From assembly GCA_050014495.1 (NCBI GenBank), contig JBEKDF010000017.1, positions 1 through 59,705 on the forward strand: DNA of 59,705 nt, given 5' to 3'. The notes beneath the pieces are model-generated. The model did not search any database. It saw only the letters and a program-made list of their open reading frames with translations, and had not been told where the DNA came from. The first letter of the stretch is position 1, and each line of letters starts with the position of its first letter. The position numbers and the translations under genes are program-made. The stretch is from Candidatus Bathyarchaeia archaeon. GTDB taxonomy: Archaea > Thermoproteota > Bathyarchaeia > TCS64. Positions 47,043-57,513 of the stretch are shown here, one piece after another.

Positions 47043-47960
47043 ATGAAAATTCTTGTAACTGGAGGACTTGGTGCTGTTGGAAGTCCTTTAGTAAAAATTT
47101 TACGGCAAAGAAATAATGATGTATGGGTAATTGATAAACCTCATAATCATGATTCCAAGTATTTTAGATGCGATATTGGGGAATATAGACAACTTGAATC
47201 TGTGTTTGAGAAGGAACATTTCGATTTAATATATAATCTAGCCGCAGAGTTTGGCCGTTATAATGGCGAGGATTTCTATGAGACTCTTTGGAAGTCAAAT
47301 GTTATAGGTACAAAAAATATGATAAAAATGCAGGAAAAATATCGTTTTAAATTAGTTCATTTTAGTAGTTCGGAAGTGTATGGAGATTATAAAGGTGAAA
47401 TGATTGAAGATGTTTTAGAAAAGTATCCAATTCGTCAGTTAAATGATTATGCTATTTCAAAATGGGTGAATGAAATGCAAATCTTAAATTCTATAGATCG
47501 CTTTAATACAGAAACTGTTATAACTAGATTGTTTAATACTTATGGACCAGGAGAATATTATGCTCCATATAGATCAATGGTATGTATTTTTACTTATTGT
47601 GCTTTACATAATCTAACTTATCAAGTTTATTTAAACCATCATAGAACCTCAACTTATATTGATGATTGTGTTAATGCTTTAGCAAATATATCAGATAATT
47701 TTAAACCAGGTGAAGTATATAATATATGTGGTGATGAATATCATGATATTAAAACTATTTCAGATATAATCTTAAATTATCTAGGAAAAGATGATTCATT
47801 AGTAAAATATTCTTCAATTGAAAAATATAATACGTTGGACAAAAAAGGTAATAATGAAAAAGCAAAAAGAGATTTAAACTATAAAACAACGGTACCGTTA
47901 AAATTAGGTATAACCAAGACAATCGAATGGCAAAAGAAAATTTATTTCTCATCAAATTAA
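47043..47960 (+). CDS. NAD-dependent epimerase/dehydratase (extended SDR)
   Basis: MKILVTGGLGAVG, SSSEVYG, YAISK; GGTGTG before ATG 47043. Confidence 0.9.
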   Translation: MKILVTGGLGAVGSPLVKILRQRNNDVWVIDKPHNHDSKYFRCDIGEYRQLESVFEKEHFDLIYNLAAEFGRYNGEDFYETLWKSNVIGTKNMIKMQEKYRFKLVHFSSSEVYGDYKGEMIEDVLEKYPIRQLNDYAISKWVNEMQILNSIDRFNTETVITRLFNTYGPGEYYAPYRSMVCIFTYCALHNLTYQVYLNHHRTSTYIDDCVNALANISDNFKPGEVYNICGDEYHDIKTISDIILNYLGKDDSLVKYSSIEKYNTLDKKGNNEKAKRDLNYKTTVPLKLGITKTIEWQKKIYFSSN

Positions 47961-48002
47961 CTTAAAATATATCCGATTTACAACTGAGTGAGAGTTGAAT
48001 TT

Positions 48003-48095
48003 TTGAGAATATTATTAGTTCAAGAATCAGATTGGCTTACACGAGACCCTAATCAACAGCATCATTTGATTGAGAGAACGCGCGCGCATACATAA
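48003..48095 (+). pseudogene. Truncated GT4-like glycosyltransferase N-terminus
   Basis: MRILLVQESDWLTRDPNQQHHLIER ends at the (CG)n tract 48079-48087, followed by a stop. Confidence 0.65.
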
Positions 48096-48201
48096 ACAGT
48101 GTTTCGGCGTAATCTTACTCCTCTTGATTAGCTCAGTTGCGCTGGTACTAGCTGCTACGGCATCTGCAGCGCGCGTAAAGTTATAAATTAATAAATTCTA
48201 T

Positions 48202-49053
48202 ATGATATTAATGAAGCAGGTTCCTATTACAGTTATTATTTTAACATTAAATGAGGAGTTAAATATTGATACATGTCTTAAGAGCATTTACAAATGGTCC
48301 GATGATATTTTTATTCTAGATTCATATAGTAAAGATAAAACTATTGAAATTTCAAAAAAATATGTAAATAATATTATCTCAGTTGATCAAAATCATTGGT
48401 CTAGTATTCGTAACTGGGCCTTAAGAAATTTACCAATAAAATATGATTGGGTGTTATTTTTAGATGCCGATGAAAGGTTAACTTATGAATTGAAGACTGA
48501 AATTGAAGAAGTTACACAAGATAATTCAGATATAAATGGTTATTATATTAATAGGAGATTTATTTTTTTAGGCAGATGGTTAAAACACGGAGGATTATAT
48601 ACTAAAATATTAAGACTTTTTAGATATAAATTTACTTATTATATTGCAGATGGAGATGTAGAATATGCAATTGTTAAAGGTAAATCTAGTTATTTAAAAA
48701 ATGATATAATTCATGAAGATAAAAAAGGTATATTTAATTGGATAGAAAAACATAATAAAATTTCTGAAAGAGCTGCAATTCAATTTAATAAAAAACATGA
48801 TATATTATTAACTACTAAAAATAAAGAAATTGAAGTTGAAGGAGGTAAATTAACTTATTTTAAATATAAATTATGGGACAAAATACCACTTATTTTGAGA
48901 CCAATTATTACCTTTTTTTATCAATATGTAATAATGTTAGGTTTTCTAGATGGCATCGAAGGTTTAACCTATCATTTTTTACAGGCATTTTGGTATAGAG
49001 TTTTAATATACGTAAAAGTAAAAGAATTACAATATTATAAATCATTTAAATAA
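48202..49053 (+). CDS. GT2 glycosyltransferase
   Basis: ILTLNEE, LDSYSKD, WVLFLDADE, GFLDG. Confidence 0.9.
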   Translation: MILMKQVPITVIILTLNEELNIDTCLKSIYKWSDDIFILDSYSKDKTIEISKKYVNNIISVDQNHWSSIRNWALRNLPIKYDWVLFLDADERLTYELKTEIEEVTQDNSDINGYYINRRFIFLGRWLKHGGLYTKILRLFRYKFTYYIADGDVEYAIVKGKSSYLKNDIIHEDKKGIFNWIEKHNKISERAAIQFNKKHDILLTTKNKEIEVEGGKLTYFKYKLWDKIPLILRPIITFFYQYVIMLGFLDGIEGLTYHFLQAFWYRVLIYVKVKELQYYKSFK

Positions 49054-49191
49054 GACTAAAAAACAAAACTTTTAAATGTATTTAAATTTTCTACCAAATT
49101 TAAACGCACACGAAAACTTGTTTACATATTATAAATTTATATTTTATATAATATTGTCTATACATCAAAGAAATAAAAATGAATAGTTAGC

Positions 49192-50373
49192 ATGAAAATT
49201 CTTCAAGTAATACCAGTTTTCTCAGATATATTTGGGGGGCCAGTATCCGTAGTACGCTCTTTATCAAAAGAACTAGCGAAGAGACATGAAGTTACTATAT
49301 ATACAACAACCGCCTTAGATCTAAAACACGATATCGAACCTAAAGAAGAAGTAAGAAATAATTATCGAGTTATTTATTTTCCTAGAACATTCCAATCTCT
49401 GAACTATAGCTACCTGTTTGGCCAGCTCAATTTTTCATTAAGCATGATGAATGCTGTAAAAAAGAACCTAACTAACTTTGACATTATTCATCTTCATTCA
49501 TATCGACAGTTTCCAGACCTTTTAGTTCATTATTATGCCACAAAATATAATGTTCCTTACATTTTGCAGGCTCATGGTTCGCTTCCCAGGATGATGACGA
49601 AACAAAGCCTGAAATGGATTTATGATGAATTGTTTGGATATAAATTATTAAAAGATGCGGCTAAGATTATTGCCCTAAATACCGTAGAGTTTGAACAGTA
49701 TAGAGATTTTTCTGTACCTACTGATAAAATAGTTATTGTACCCAATGGAATTGATTTATCGGATTTTACTAATATGCCAGAAAAAGGCGAATTTAAGAAA
49801 AAATATGGTTTAAATGAAGATGAAAAAATAATTCTATATCTTGGGAGAATACATAAAATAAAAGGAATCGATATTCTTATTAAAGCATTCAAAGAGGTTA
49901 TCGATACTTTAGATTGTGTCAAACTAGTTTTAGTTGGTCCTGATGATGGTTATCTCAATGAAATTAAGGATTTAATAAAAAAACTTGGTTTAGAAAAAAA
50001 TATTATAATTACAGGCGCATTGTTTGGAAAAGAAAAATTTATGGCGTATGTAGATGCAGATATATTTGTATTACCTTCAAGATATGAAATTTTTCCTGTG
50101 AGTGTTCTTGAGGCATTTTCATGTGGTATACCTGTGATTGCCTCAAATGTTGGTGGTTTAAGAGGTTTAATATTAGATGGTGAAACGGGTTTATTATTTG
50201 AATCAGAAAATATAGAACAATTAGCTAATAATATTTTATCACTAATTAATGATAAAGAAAAAAATAGGATAATCAGCATTAATGGAAAACAATTTATTAA
50301 TGATAACCTTTCAATAGAAAGAGTTACAGAAGTTCTTGAAAATTGTTACAAAGAAATTATAAAAAGTAATTAA
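49192..50373 (+). CDS. GT4 glycosyltransferase
   Basis: GGP, VPNGID, LGRIHKIKG, LPSRYEIF..SVLEA. Confidence 0.95.
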   Translation: MKILQVIPVFSDIFGGPVSVVRSLSKELAKRHEVTIYTTTALDLKHDIEPKEEVRNNYRVIYFPRTFQSLNYSYLFGQLNFSLSMMNAVKKNLTNFDIIHLHSYRQFPDLLVHYYATKYNVPYILQAHGSLPRMMTKQSLKWIYDELFGYKLLKDAAKIIALNTVEFEQYRDFSVPTDKIVIVPNGIDLSDFTNMPEKGEFKKKYGLNEDEKIILYLGRIHKIKGIDILIKAFKEVIDTLDCVKLVLVGPDDGYLNEIKDLIKKLGLEKNIIITGALFGKEKFMAYVDADIFVLPSRYEIFPVSVLEAFSCGIPVIASNVGGLRGLILDGETGLLFESENIEQLANNILSLINDKEKNRIISINGKQFINDNLSIERVTEVLENCYKEIIKSN

Positions 50374-50583
50374 AATTGGATGTTTATTAATCTCTTGAAA
50401 ATAATGCATGTGTGTATTATTGCTCAAAGATCGGTTCGCGTGCATAAATATCCAAATTATATATACAACGGAAAATTTATACTAATTTGGCTGTGCTTAC
50501 GCGCGCGACTCAATGTTTAAAAGAAAATTAGAAAATAAAATAATTTAAATGGGATCTTACGAGCGAGTGAGGTTGTAACATTA

Positions 50584-52254
50584 TTGTCAAGCTATAGACT
50601 ACCATTTTTTAGATTAAATTTTAGTAATATAAAATTATCAATATGTTTAATATCTAATGTTATCCTTATTATGAGTTTATATTATAATTTATCTTCTTTA
50701 ATCTTTCCTTTAAGTCTTACTTTATCAATATTATTCGGAGTTATGTTTATTTTTAATAAAGATAAGATAAAACCTGTTGAAATTTTTATGATTTTTTTGC
50801 CTTTAGCTGTTACACGGTATATTTTTACTATTAGATTTGGATTACCTAGTGGTTATGATGATATTCATGCGCATATAATTTGGACTGAAAATGCTATTAT
50901 TAATGGAAATATTAATTTTGCATATCTTGCACAATCTTCAGATAATTTTGTCGGCTTATATGTTTACTACAATATAGTAAAATTATTTACTAATATTGAT
51001 ATTCCCTATTTAGCCATCTATTTACAGCCTATTGTAGATATAGCTTCTTTTATTGTTTTTTATAAATTTGTCAGATTATTTTCAAGAGAAAAAATAGCTT
51101 TAATAGCCCTGGTTTTATTTGGGTGGGAACCGGTTATCTTTGATTTCGGTGAATATCGAACCCAATCCTTTTGCCTAATATTTTTATTAACATTTTTATA
51201 TTTTATAGTAAAAAATAAAAATAATTATAATAAATCCGAAATAATTTTATCTATTTTATTAATGATGGATATTACCATTACATCTTTTGTGACTTTCTTT
51301 ATTTGTTACATACTTATATTTGTTGCAATTTTTACTAATATATTTTCAAAAATAATAATAAAGACAAAAGAAAAAGAATTATTTCCTCTAAACAAATTTC
51401 ATTTATTAACTTTTACTATATTATTTATCGGATATATTTCTTATATAGGTAATAGTATTAACAATTTACTACCTGCTATAATTAAAGAAATTAACAATAC
51501 TTTCTTTTTTAAATATTCAACACCAAATATTATGTCTTCTATCTTTATTGATTATGGAATTGGGACATTTTATATACAATGGATAGTTAAAGCAGTAATA
51601 TTCATTTTCACCATGGTTCTATTTTTACATCAATTATATTATAAAAAAAATATAACGTTATCTATTTTAACATTTACTTTAGGTTTTTTAACTTTACTAG
51701 GTTTATTAGGTTCTTTTGAATTAAATTCAAATCGAATATATTATTTTTTTATAATTTTTGCTTCAATCACTATGGCGAAAGGTTACGAAGTAATTAATAA
51801 TTATTTATCGATTAATTATGCCAAATTTTTAAGGGTCTTTCTTTTCTTTTTAATATTATTTTTTGCAATATTTTCAATAATACGTTTACCCAATTATATA
51901 ATCGGAAATACATATCCATTTAGAACAAATTCAACTATAGACAAACTTACATATTATGATGTCACAAATAAGGATATTAATATAGGAAAATTTCTTAATC
52001 AGTATGGTATAAATAAATATATATATTTTAATACCCTGGAAAATATATTTTCCTATTACTACCCATTCACACGAACTATACCTCTTTATGAATATAATAT
52101 AAATAACTTTAACAATAGTTTAATAATTTTTTTGCATGATAATTATAATGGAAATAGAGATTATTATGGCCGAGATCAATTCCCGACTGTTAAAGATCTA
52201 TCTGATCTAAATTTAGTTTTCCAAAACAGAGACATGTTTTTATTTTATAAATAA
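50584..52254 (+). CDS. Multi-TM membrane protein of the glycan locus (polymerase/GT-C-like, uncertain)
   Basis: Very AT-rich, more than 10 TM helices, GYDDIHAH loop. Confidence 0.65.
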   Translation: MSSYRLPFFRLNFSNIKLSICLISNVILIMSLYYNLSSLIFPLSLTLSILFGVMFIFNKDKIKPVEIFMIFLPLAVTRYIFTIRFGLPSGYDDIHAHIIWTENAIINGNINFAYLAQSSDNFVGLYVYYNIVKLFTNIDIPYLAIYLQPIVDIASFIVFYKFVRLFSREKIALIALVLFGWEPVIFDFGEYRTQSFCLIFLLTFLYFIVKNKNNYNKSEIILSILLMMDITITSFVTFFICYILIFVAIFTNIFSKIIIKTKEKELFPLNKFHLLTFTILFIGYISYIGNSINNLLPAIIKEINNTFFFKYSTPNIMSSIFIDYGIGTFYIQWIVKAVIFIFTMVLFLHQLYYKKNITLSILTFTLGFLTLLGLLGSFELNSNRIYYFFIIFASITMAKGYEVINNYLSINYAKFLRVFLFFLILFFAIFSIIRLPNYIIGNTYPFRTNSTIDKLTYYDVTNKDINIGKFLNQYGINKYIYFNTLENIFSYYYPFTRTIPLYEYNINNFNNSLIIFLHDNYNGNRDYYGRDQFPTVKDLSDLNLVFQNRDMFLFYK

Positions 52255-52266
52255 GAATAAGATAAA

Positions 52267-52959
52267 ATGAAAAAATTTATAGTCACAACAAGCTGGGATG
52301 ATGGAAATAAGTTTGACCTTCAGATTGCTAGATTATTGGATAAATATCAGTTAAAAGGGACATTTTATGTTAGTCCAAAATTAAGTAACGGATTAAGTAA
52401 TATAGAGTTAAAAAAAATTGAATTAAATCATGAGATTGGTGCTCACACAATCACACATCCAGTTTTAACAGATATCCCAATAGATCGTGCTGAAGCGGAA
52501 ATAAAAGACTCTAAAAAATATTTAGAAAATTTATTAAAACGTGATATCTCCATGTTTTGTTATCCCAAAGGATATTATAATCAACAAATAAAAGAAATAG
52601 TTAAAAACAGTGGTTTTTTAGGTGCTCGAACATGCGTTCATGGTAATTTTGAAAAACCAAAAGATCCATATCAATGGCAGATTACTCTGCATGCATCCAA
52701 TGGTTCGCCATTAATGACAACGAGGATTTGGATTAGATCAAAAATATCAGTGTTATCTTTATTTGATTGGGAATATCGTGCGAAAAACCTTTTTGATCTA
52801 TTTCTTGAGAAGGGTGGTATATATCATATATGGGGGCATTCTTGGGAAATTGAAAATAATAACGAATGGGATAAGCTTGAAAGAGTTTTTAAATATATTT
52901 CTCAAAAAAAAGATATTAACTATTTGACAAACAAAGAGATATTTGAAAAAGATTTTTAA
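52267..52959 (+). CDS. Polysaccharide deacetylase (CE4/NodB)
   Basis: TSWDDG, HEIGAHTITHP, FCYPKG, WGHSWE. Confidence 0.9.
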   Translation: MKKFIVTTSWDDGNKFDLQIARLLDKYQLKGTFYVSPKLSNGLSNIELKKIELNHEIGAHTITHPVLTDIPIDRAEAEIKDSKKYLENLLKRDISMFCYPKGYYNQQIKEIVKNSGFLGARTCVHGNFEKPKDPYQWQITLHASNGSPLMTTRIWIRSKISVLSLFDWEYRAKNLFDLFLEKGGIYHIWGHSWEIENNNEWDKLERVFKYISQKKDINYLTNKEIFEKDF

Positions 52960-53031
52960 CTTTTATTAAATAGATAATTTATCTTAAAAAATATGATTAG
53001 ATTCCACTGATGAACGTGTGCTGAATATATC

Positions 53032-54195
53032 ATGAGGATTGTAATTACTGTTGAAGAATTTGATCCTGAAAAAGGATACCTAGAATATAACTTAGCAAGA
53101 GAACTATCAAAGTTGGGGCATAAGGTATATGTATTTACGTATGGTTGGAGCAAAGAGACTATAATGAAAATCAATTGTGAAGGGTTCGTGATCATTTATT
53201 TACCATATATTATTTCGATCAATTCTTATCATTTTCCGAGTCCTTCAGGACTTTTCTATATTAATAATTTCCTTAGAAAGGAAAGACCTCATATAGTTCA
53301 CTGTATTCCAGTTTTCTCTCCTTTATCTTTAATTTTTATTTCATGGTCAAAATTATATGGTTATAAAATTGTAGGAGATATAATGACTCAGCTGAATTTA
53401 ATATTCTCACCTTGGAACATCAAACAAAAATTACTATTTTACATTTCAAAAATTGTCGTTACTAAATATATAGCACGGAAATCTGCAGCTTTTACTGCTA
53501 AAACCAATGAACTTGTGAAAATACTTTCACGAAGTTATAATGTACCTGAAAATAAGTTTAGAATCGTTCCCTTAGGCACAGATCCTCAACTGTTCAAGTT
53601 TAACCCGGTTGCAAGAGTGAATATAAGAAAAGAGTTGAGCATTTCTGAAAAAGATATTATAATAGTTTATAGTGGTAAGATAGATTATACAAAAGGAATC
53701 GACTTACTAATAAAAGCATTATCACCACTAATGAATGAAAATGGTAAAATAAAACTATTAATTATAGGTAGCGCTGAATTAATTTATGTTGAGTATCTTA
53801 AAATACTGATTTCTGAACTTGGAATTTCAAAAAATGTTATTTTTCACCAATGGGTCAAAAAATATGAGCTTCCTGACCTTTATAGTGCTAGCGACATTGC
53901 TGTTTGGCCCGGCCTTTCCTCAATTTCTGCAGTTGATGCAGCTTCTGTAGGTTTACCTTTAATACTTGCAGACGTCCCAATTGAAAATTTTGTTGTTAAT
54001 AACAACAATGGATTCGTATTCAGTTTAGGTAACGTGAACGAACTCCGAAAGTACCTAAGAATATTGGTGGATAATGAGGATATGCGCAGAGAGATGGGCT
54101 ATAGATCAAGAGAATTTGTTGAAAGAAAATTGAACTGGGAGGCAATCACTCTACAGTATCTTAATGTTTATAGAGAAGTTTTAAACGTTAAATGA
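53032..54195 (+). CDS. GT4 glycosyltransferase
   Basis: LARELSKLGHKV, YSGKI...KG, YSASDIAVWP. Confidence 0.9.
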   Translation: MRIVITVEEFDPEKGYLEYNLARELSKLGHKVYVFTYGWSKETIMKINCEGFVIIYLPYIISINSYHFPSPSGLFYINNFLRKERPHIVHCIPVFSPLSLIFISWSKLYGYKIVGDIMTQLNLIFSPWNIKQKLLFYISKIVVTKYIARKSAAFTAKTNELVKILSRSYNVPENKFRIVPLGTDPQLFKFNPVARVNIRKELSISEKDIIIVYSGKIDYTKGIDLLIKALSPLMNENGKIKLLIIGSAELIYVEYLKILISELGISKNVIFHQWVKKYELPDLYSASDIAVWPGLSSISAVDAASVGLPLILADVPIENFVVNNNNGFVFSLGNVNELRKYLRILVDNEDMRREMGYRSREFVERKLNWEAITLQYLNVYREVLNVK

Positions 54196-54233
54196 CGTTC
54201 CATATAAGGTAATAGAGATGTGGATCTATTATT

Positions 54234-55109
54234 ATGATTAAAGTTGTGATTACAGCTGCTGGTATTGGGACGCGTTTGCTTACTGTGACAAAAGAGCAAC
54301 CCAAGGAAATGTTACCTCTATTCACAGATAATAAGGATGGCTGTCTCTCTGTTAAGCCATTGCTACAAATAATATTCGAGCAACTTTACCAGAGTCAATT
54401 CCGAGAGTTTTGTTTCATTACCGGACGGGGTAAAAGAGTTATAGAAGATCACTTCACAATCGACCTCAATTTCATCAAGCAACTCAAAAACAAGGGAAAA
54501 TATGACCTAGTTTTTCCATTGGAAGAATTCTACAACAAACTTGAGGACTCCCTAATTATGTGGATAAACCAACCTGAACCAAAAGGCTTTGGCCACGCAG
54601 TCTTAATGGCAAAACCTTATGTTAAAAATGAAACTTTTCTAGTTCACGCTGGTGACACCTATATAATGTCTTCTCATGAGGACATACCTCTAAAAAGGAT
54701 GCTAGAAACTCACAACAAAAACAAATCCGATGCAACTCTACTTCTAAAAAAAATAAAAAATCCAAAGCAATACGGCATAGCCGATGTCCAGGAAAATAAA
54801 GATACTCTTATAGTAAGACGAGTTATAGAGAAACCAGAAAAACCTTCAACAGATCTCGCTATCATGCCCATCTACATATTCAACAATACGATATTAACTG
54901 CTTTAGAAAAAACCTCACCAGGCTTAGGAGGAGAAATCCAATTAACTGACGCTATACAACATTTAATAAATGACGGATTAAAAGTTCAAGCCATAAAACT
55001 GAGAGACGATGAAATTCGATTAGACGTAGGTAATCCCGAAACTTACTGGGAGGCAATAAATGAATCCTATAAAAATATTCAAAAACATATGACACTGCAT
55101 AAGAAATAA
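54234..55109 (+). CDS. galU: UTP--glucose-1-phosphate uridylyltransferase / sugar-phosphate nucleotidyltransferase
   Basis: AAGIGTRL...KEMLP, QPEPKGFGHAV, EKP, EIQLTDAI. Confidence 0.85.
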   Translation: MIKVVITAAGIGTRLLTVTKEQPKEMLPLFTDNKDGCLSVKPLLQIIFEQLYQSQFREFCFITGRGKRVIEDHFTIDLNFIKQLKNKGKYDLVFPLEEFYNKLEDSLIMWINQPEPKGFGHAVLMAKPYVKNETFLVHAGDTYIMSSHEDIPLKRMLETHNKNKSDATLLLKKIKNPKQYGIADVQENKDTLIVRRVIEKPEKPSTDLAIMPIYIFNNTILTALEKTSPGLGGEIQLTDAIQHLINDGLKVQAIKLRDDEIRLDVGNPETYWEAINESYKNIQKHMTLHKK

Positions 55110-55156
55110 CTACAATTTTATACTCAAAAGAATATATAGAAAAAGAGAAATACTAT

Positions 55157-56512
55157 ATGAACCAGCGCCGCATCTCCGTTATCGGCACAGGCTATGTTGG
55201 CTTATCAACAGCACTCGGCTTCACAAGCAAAGACTTCACTGTCATCGCGTCAGACCCTGACAAAACTAAGATAAAAATGATAAACGAAGGTAATCTTCCA
55301 TTTCACGAACCAAACTTACAAGAACCACTCACAAAAGCTATTCAAAATGGTAACCTCAGTATTACAAAATGCGAAGAAGCCATAGCAAGCACTGACATCA
55401 CTTTTATAGCTGTCGGTACTCCTAGTCGACCTGATGGAAGCATTAATTTAAAATTCATCGAAAAAGCTACAGGCGAAATTGGAAATGCCCTAAAGAAAAA
55501 GAGAGCCTACCACCTAATAGTGATTAAAAGCACAGTTACACCTACAACAACAGAAAAAAGACTTAAACCAATTATTGAAGCCCAATCGGACAAAAATTGC
55601 GGTATAGACTTTGGTTTATGTATGAACCCAGAATTCCTACGCGAAGGTTCAGCGTTTCACGATGTCTTACATCCTGACCGCCTAATCATAGGTGAATACG
55701 ACATTAAATCTGGCGATTACTTAGAGGCTCTTTACCAAGAATTCTATATGGACAACATTCCGCCTATCTTAAGGACAAATATTCCTACAGCTGAACTCAT
55801 CAAATACGCCAGTAATGCCTTTTTGGCAACAAAAATAAGTTACATTAACACGATAGCAAATATTTGTGAAAAAATTCCAAACGTAGATGTTACTCTGGTA
55901 GCTAAGGGTATGGGTTTAGACAAAAGAATAGGCTCTCAATTTTTAAATGCTGGATTAGGATATGGTGGTTCATGCTTTCCAAAAGATACTAAGGCGCTTA
56001 TTTTCTATTCAAAGTCTGTAGGTTATAATCCTGATCTTCTAAAATCCGTCGAAGTTGTAAATAAACTCCAGCCTCATATTACTATTAAAAAAATAAAAAA
56101 TCTTATCGTCGATCTAAAGGGCAAAAATATTGCCATCCTAGGATTATCGTTTAAACCAAACACAGACGATATGAGAGAAGCCGTATCAATACCAATAATA
56201 AAACTACTTTTAGAAGAAAACGCAAATGTAACTGCTTATGATCCTATAGCCATTAACAATGCAAAAACTATTTTTAATGAGAATATTAGCTATGCTTCAT
56301 CAGCTATTCAATGCATAAAAAATGCTGACTGCTGTATAATAGTAACTGAATGCGAAGAATTTAAAAATTTAAAACCAGAAGATTTTATAAAAAATATGAA
56401 ACAACCTTTTCTTATAGATGGAAGAAGAATCTATAATCAAAAAGAATTCTGTCAGAAAATGAAGTTTGTAGCTATTGGACTTGGCCAAATTTATGATAGT
56501 CCATTAAAATAA
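55157..56512 (+). CDS. ugd: UDP-glucose 6-dehydrogenase
   Basis: GTGYVG, AVGTP, NPEFLREG, GYGGSCFPKD, FKPNTDD.RE. Confidence 0.95.
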   Translation: MNQRRISVIGTGYVGLSTALGFTSKDFTVIASDPDKTKIKMINEGNLPFHEPNLQEPLTKAIQNGNLSITKCEEAIASTDITFIAVGTPSRPDGSINLKFIEKATGEIGNALKKKRAYHLIVIKSTVTPTTTEKRLKPIIEAQSDKNCGIDFGLCMNPEFLREGSAFHDVLHPDRLIIGEYDIKSGDYLEALYQEFYMDNIPPILRTNIPTAELIKYASNAFLATKISYINTIANICEKIPNVDVTLVAKGMGLDKRIGSQFLNAGLGYGGSCFPKDTKALIFYSKSVGYNPDLLKSVEVVNKLQPHITIKKIKNLIVDLKGKNIAILGLSFKPNTDDMREAVSIPIIKLLLEENANVTAYDPIAINNAKTIFNENISYASSAIQCIKNADCCIIVTECEEFKNLKPEDFIKNMKQPFLIDGRRIYNQKEFCQKMKFVAIGLGQIYDSPLK

Positions 56513-56651
56513 ACAAATTTTAGATATAAGCGCTATTACATTAAAATCATGATTATGAAATCTGCGTTTTTAACCATTGTGCGCGCGATTGATGTAAAAA
56601 AGGGGTGAGACACTAATCCAACGCGCCCAGTTAATCTTATGGAGTTAAAGA

Positions 56652-57437
56652 TTATTGTAAATCATTATAAACTGGATGGTATATTCCAATCTTACTCTCT
56701 TTTTTGATTTCGGAGATATCCCATTTTTTGTTAAGTTGAACCATAGGGAAATCCAAACATGAACAGGAGAATCCAAGACCCGTTATTACTGAGGGTAATC
56801 GGAGTTCACAATATCCAAATGGTAGTTCTATTTTACTTATTTTTTCAAGGACTTTTTTAGATATTATGAATCCCGGAAAAAAACCTTTAAATAAAGTTGG
56901 GTTTAATTTTTTTCTCTTTAACCAGTTTTTTACTGAATTTTTCCCTGTAAAAGGAAGCCTTACCCAACTCCATTGTGATTCATTATGTATTTTTTCATAG
57001 CGATTAAATGCCGCATCAAATTTCGTATATTTTCCATATACATCATTAATTAATCCTTTAATGTATAAATCATACTTATTAAAGATAAGAAAATCAAAAT
57101 TTAAACATTTACCTCGATTTACGTACCAATTTAATATTGAAATATCTTGGTTAAGATATCCTAAAGGCGTACAATCTACATATAAATTCATATCATTCTC
57201 TTTTAGTAATTTATTTAATTCACCTATTTCTACTCTTCTTAATCTACTTTCCATAATTGAGTTAATTTTGGAATTTATATTATAAATTGTTTTATCTCTA
57301 TAAAACATAAAATCTATAAGACGTTCAGTACCATATTTTGAAAACGTTGGTGGAAAAAAAGATCTACCACCAATTCCATATACAGGAGCTATTATTATAT
57401 TTGGATTCATTTCCATTAATTTATGAATTCTTTTCAA
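56652..57437 (-). CDS. AT-rich hypothetical protein, possibly glycan-related
   Basis: 261-aa ORF ending in IYHPV, bounded by (CG)n tracts at 56580-56587 and 57458-57466. Confidence 0.6.
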   Translation of the reverse strand: MKRIHKLMEMNPNIIIAPVYGIGGRSFFPPTFSKYGTERLIDFMFYRDKTIYNINSKINSIMESRLRRVEIGELNKLLKENDMNLYVDCTPLGYLNQDISILNWYVNRGKCLNFDFLIFNKYDLYIKGLINDVYGKYTKFDAAFNRYEKIHNESQWSWVRLPFTGKNSVKNWLKRKKLNPTLFKGFFPGFIISKKVLEKISKIELPFGYCELRLPSVITGLGFSCSCLDFPMVQLNKKWDISEIKKESKIGIYHPVYNDLQ

Positions 57438-57513
57438 ATAAACTAAATTAGGGCGATCGCGCGCGCTCCTATGATAAACGCCTCAGGAGCCCCGGCGTCC
57501 GGGCAGCACCCCA

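Noticed and set aside
2573..57466. CG tracts plus short intervening fragments read as a CRISPR array
   Set aside because: The repeats are only 7-19 bp, variable, irregularly spaced and dispersed; there is no leader or cas operon.
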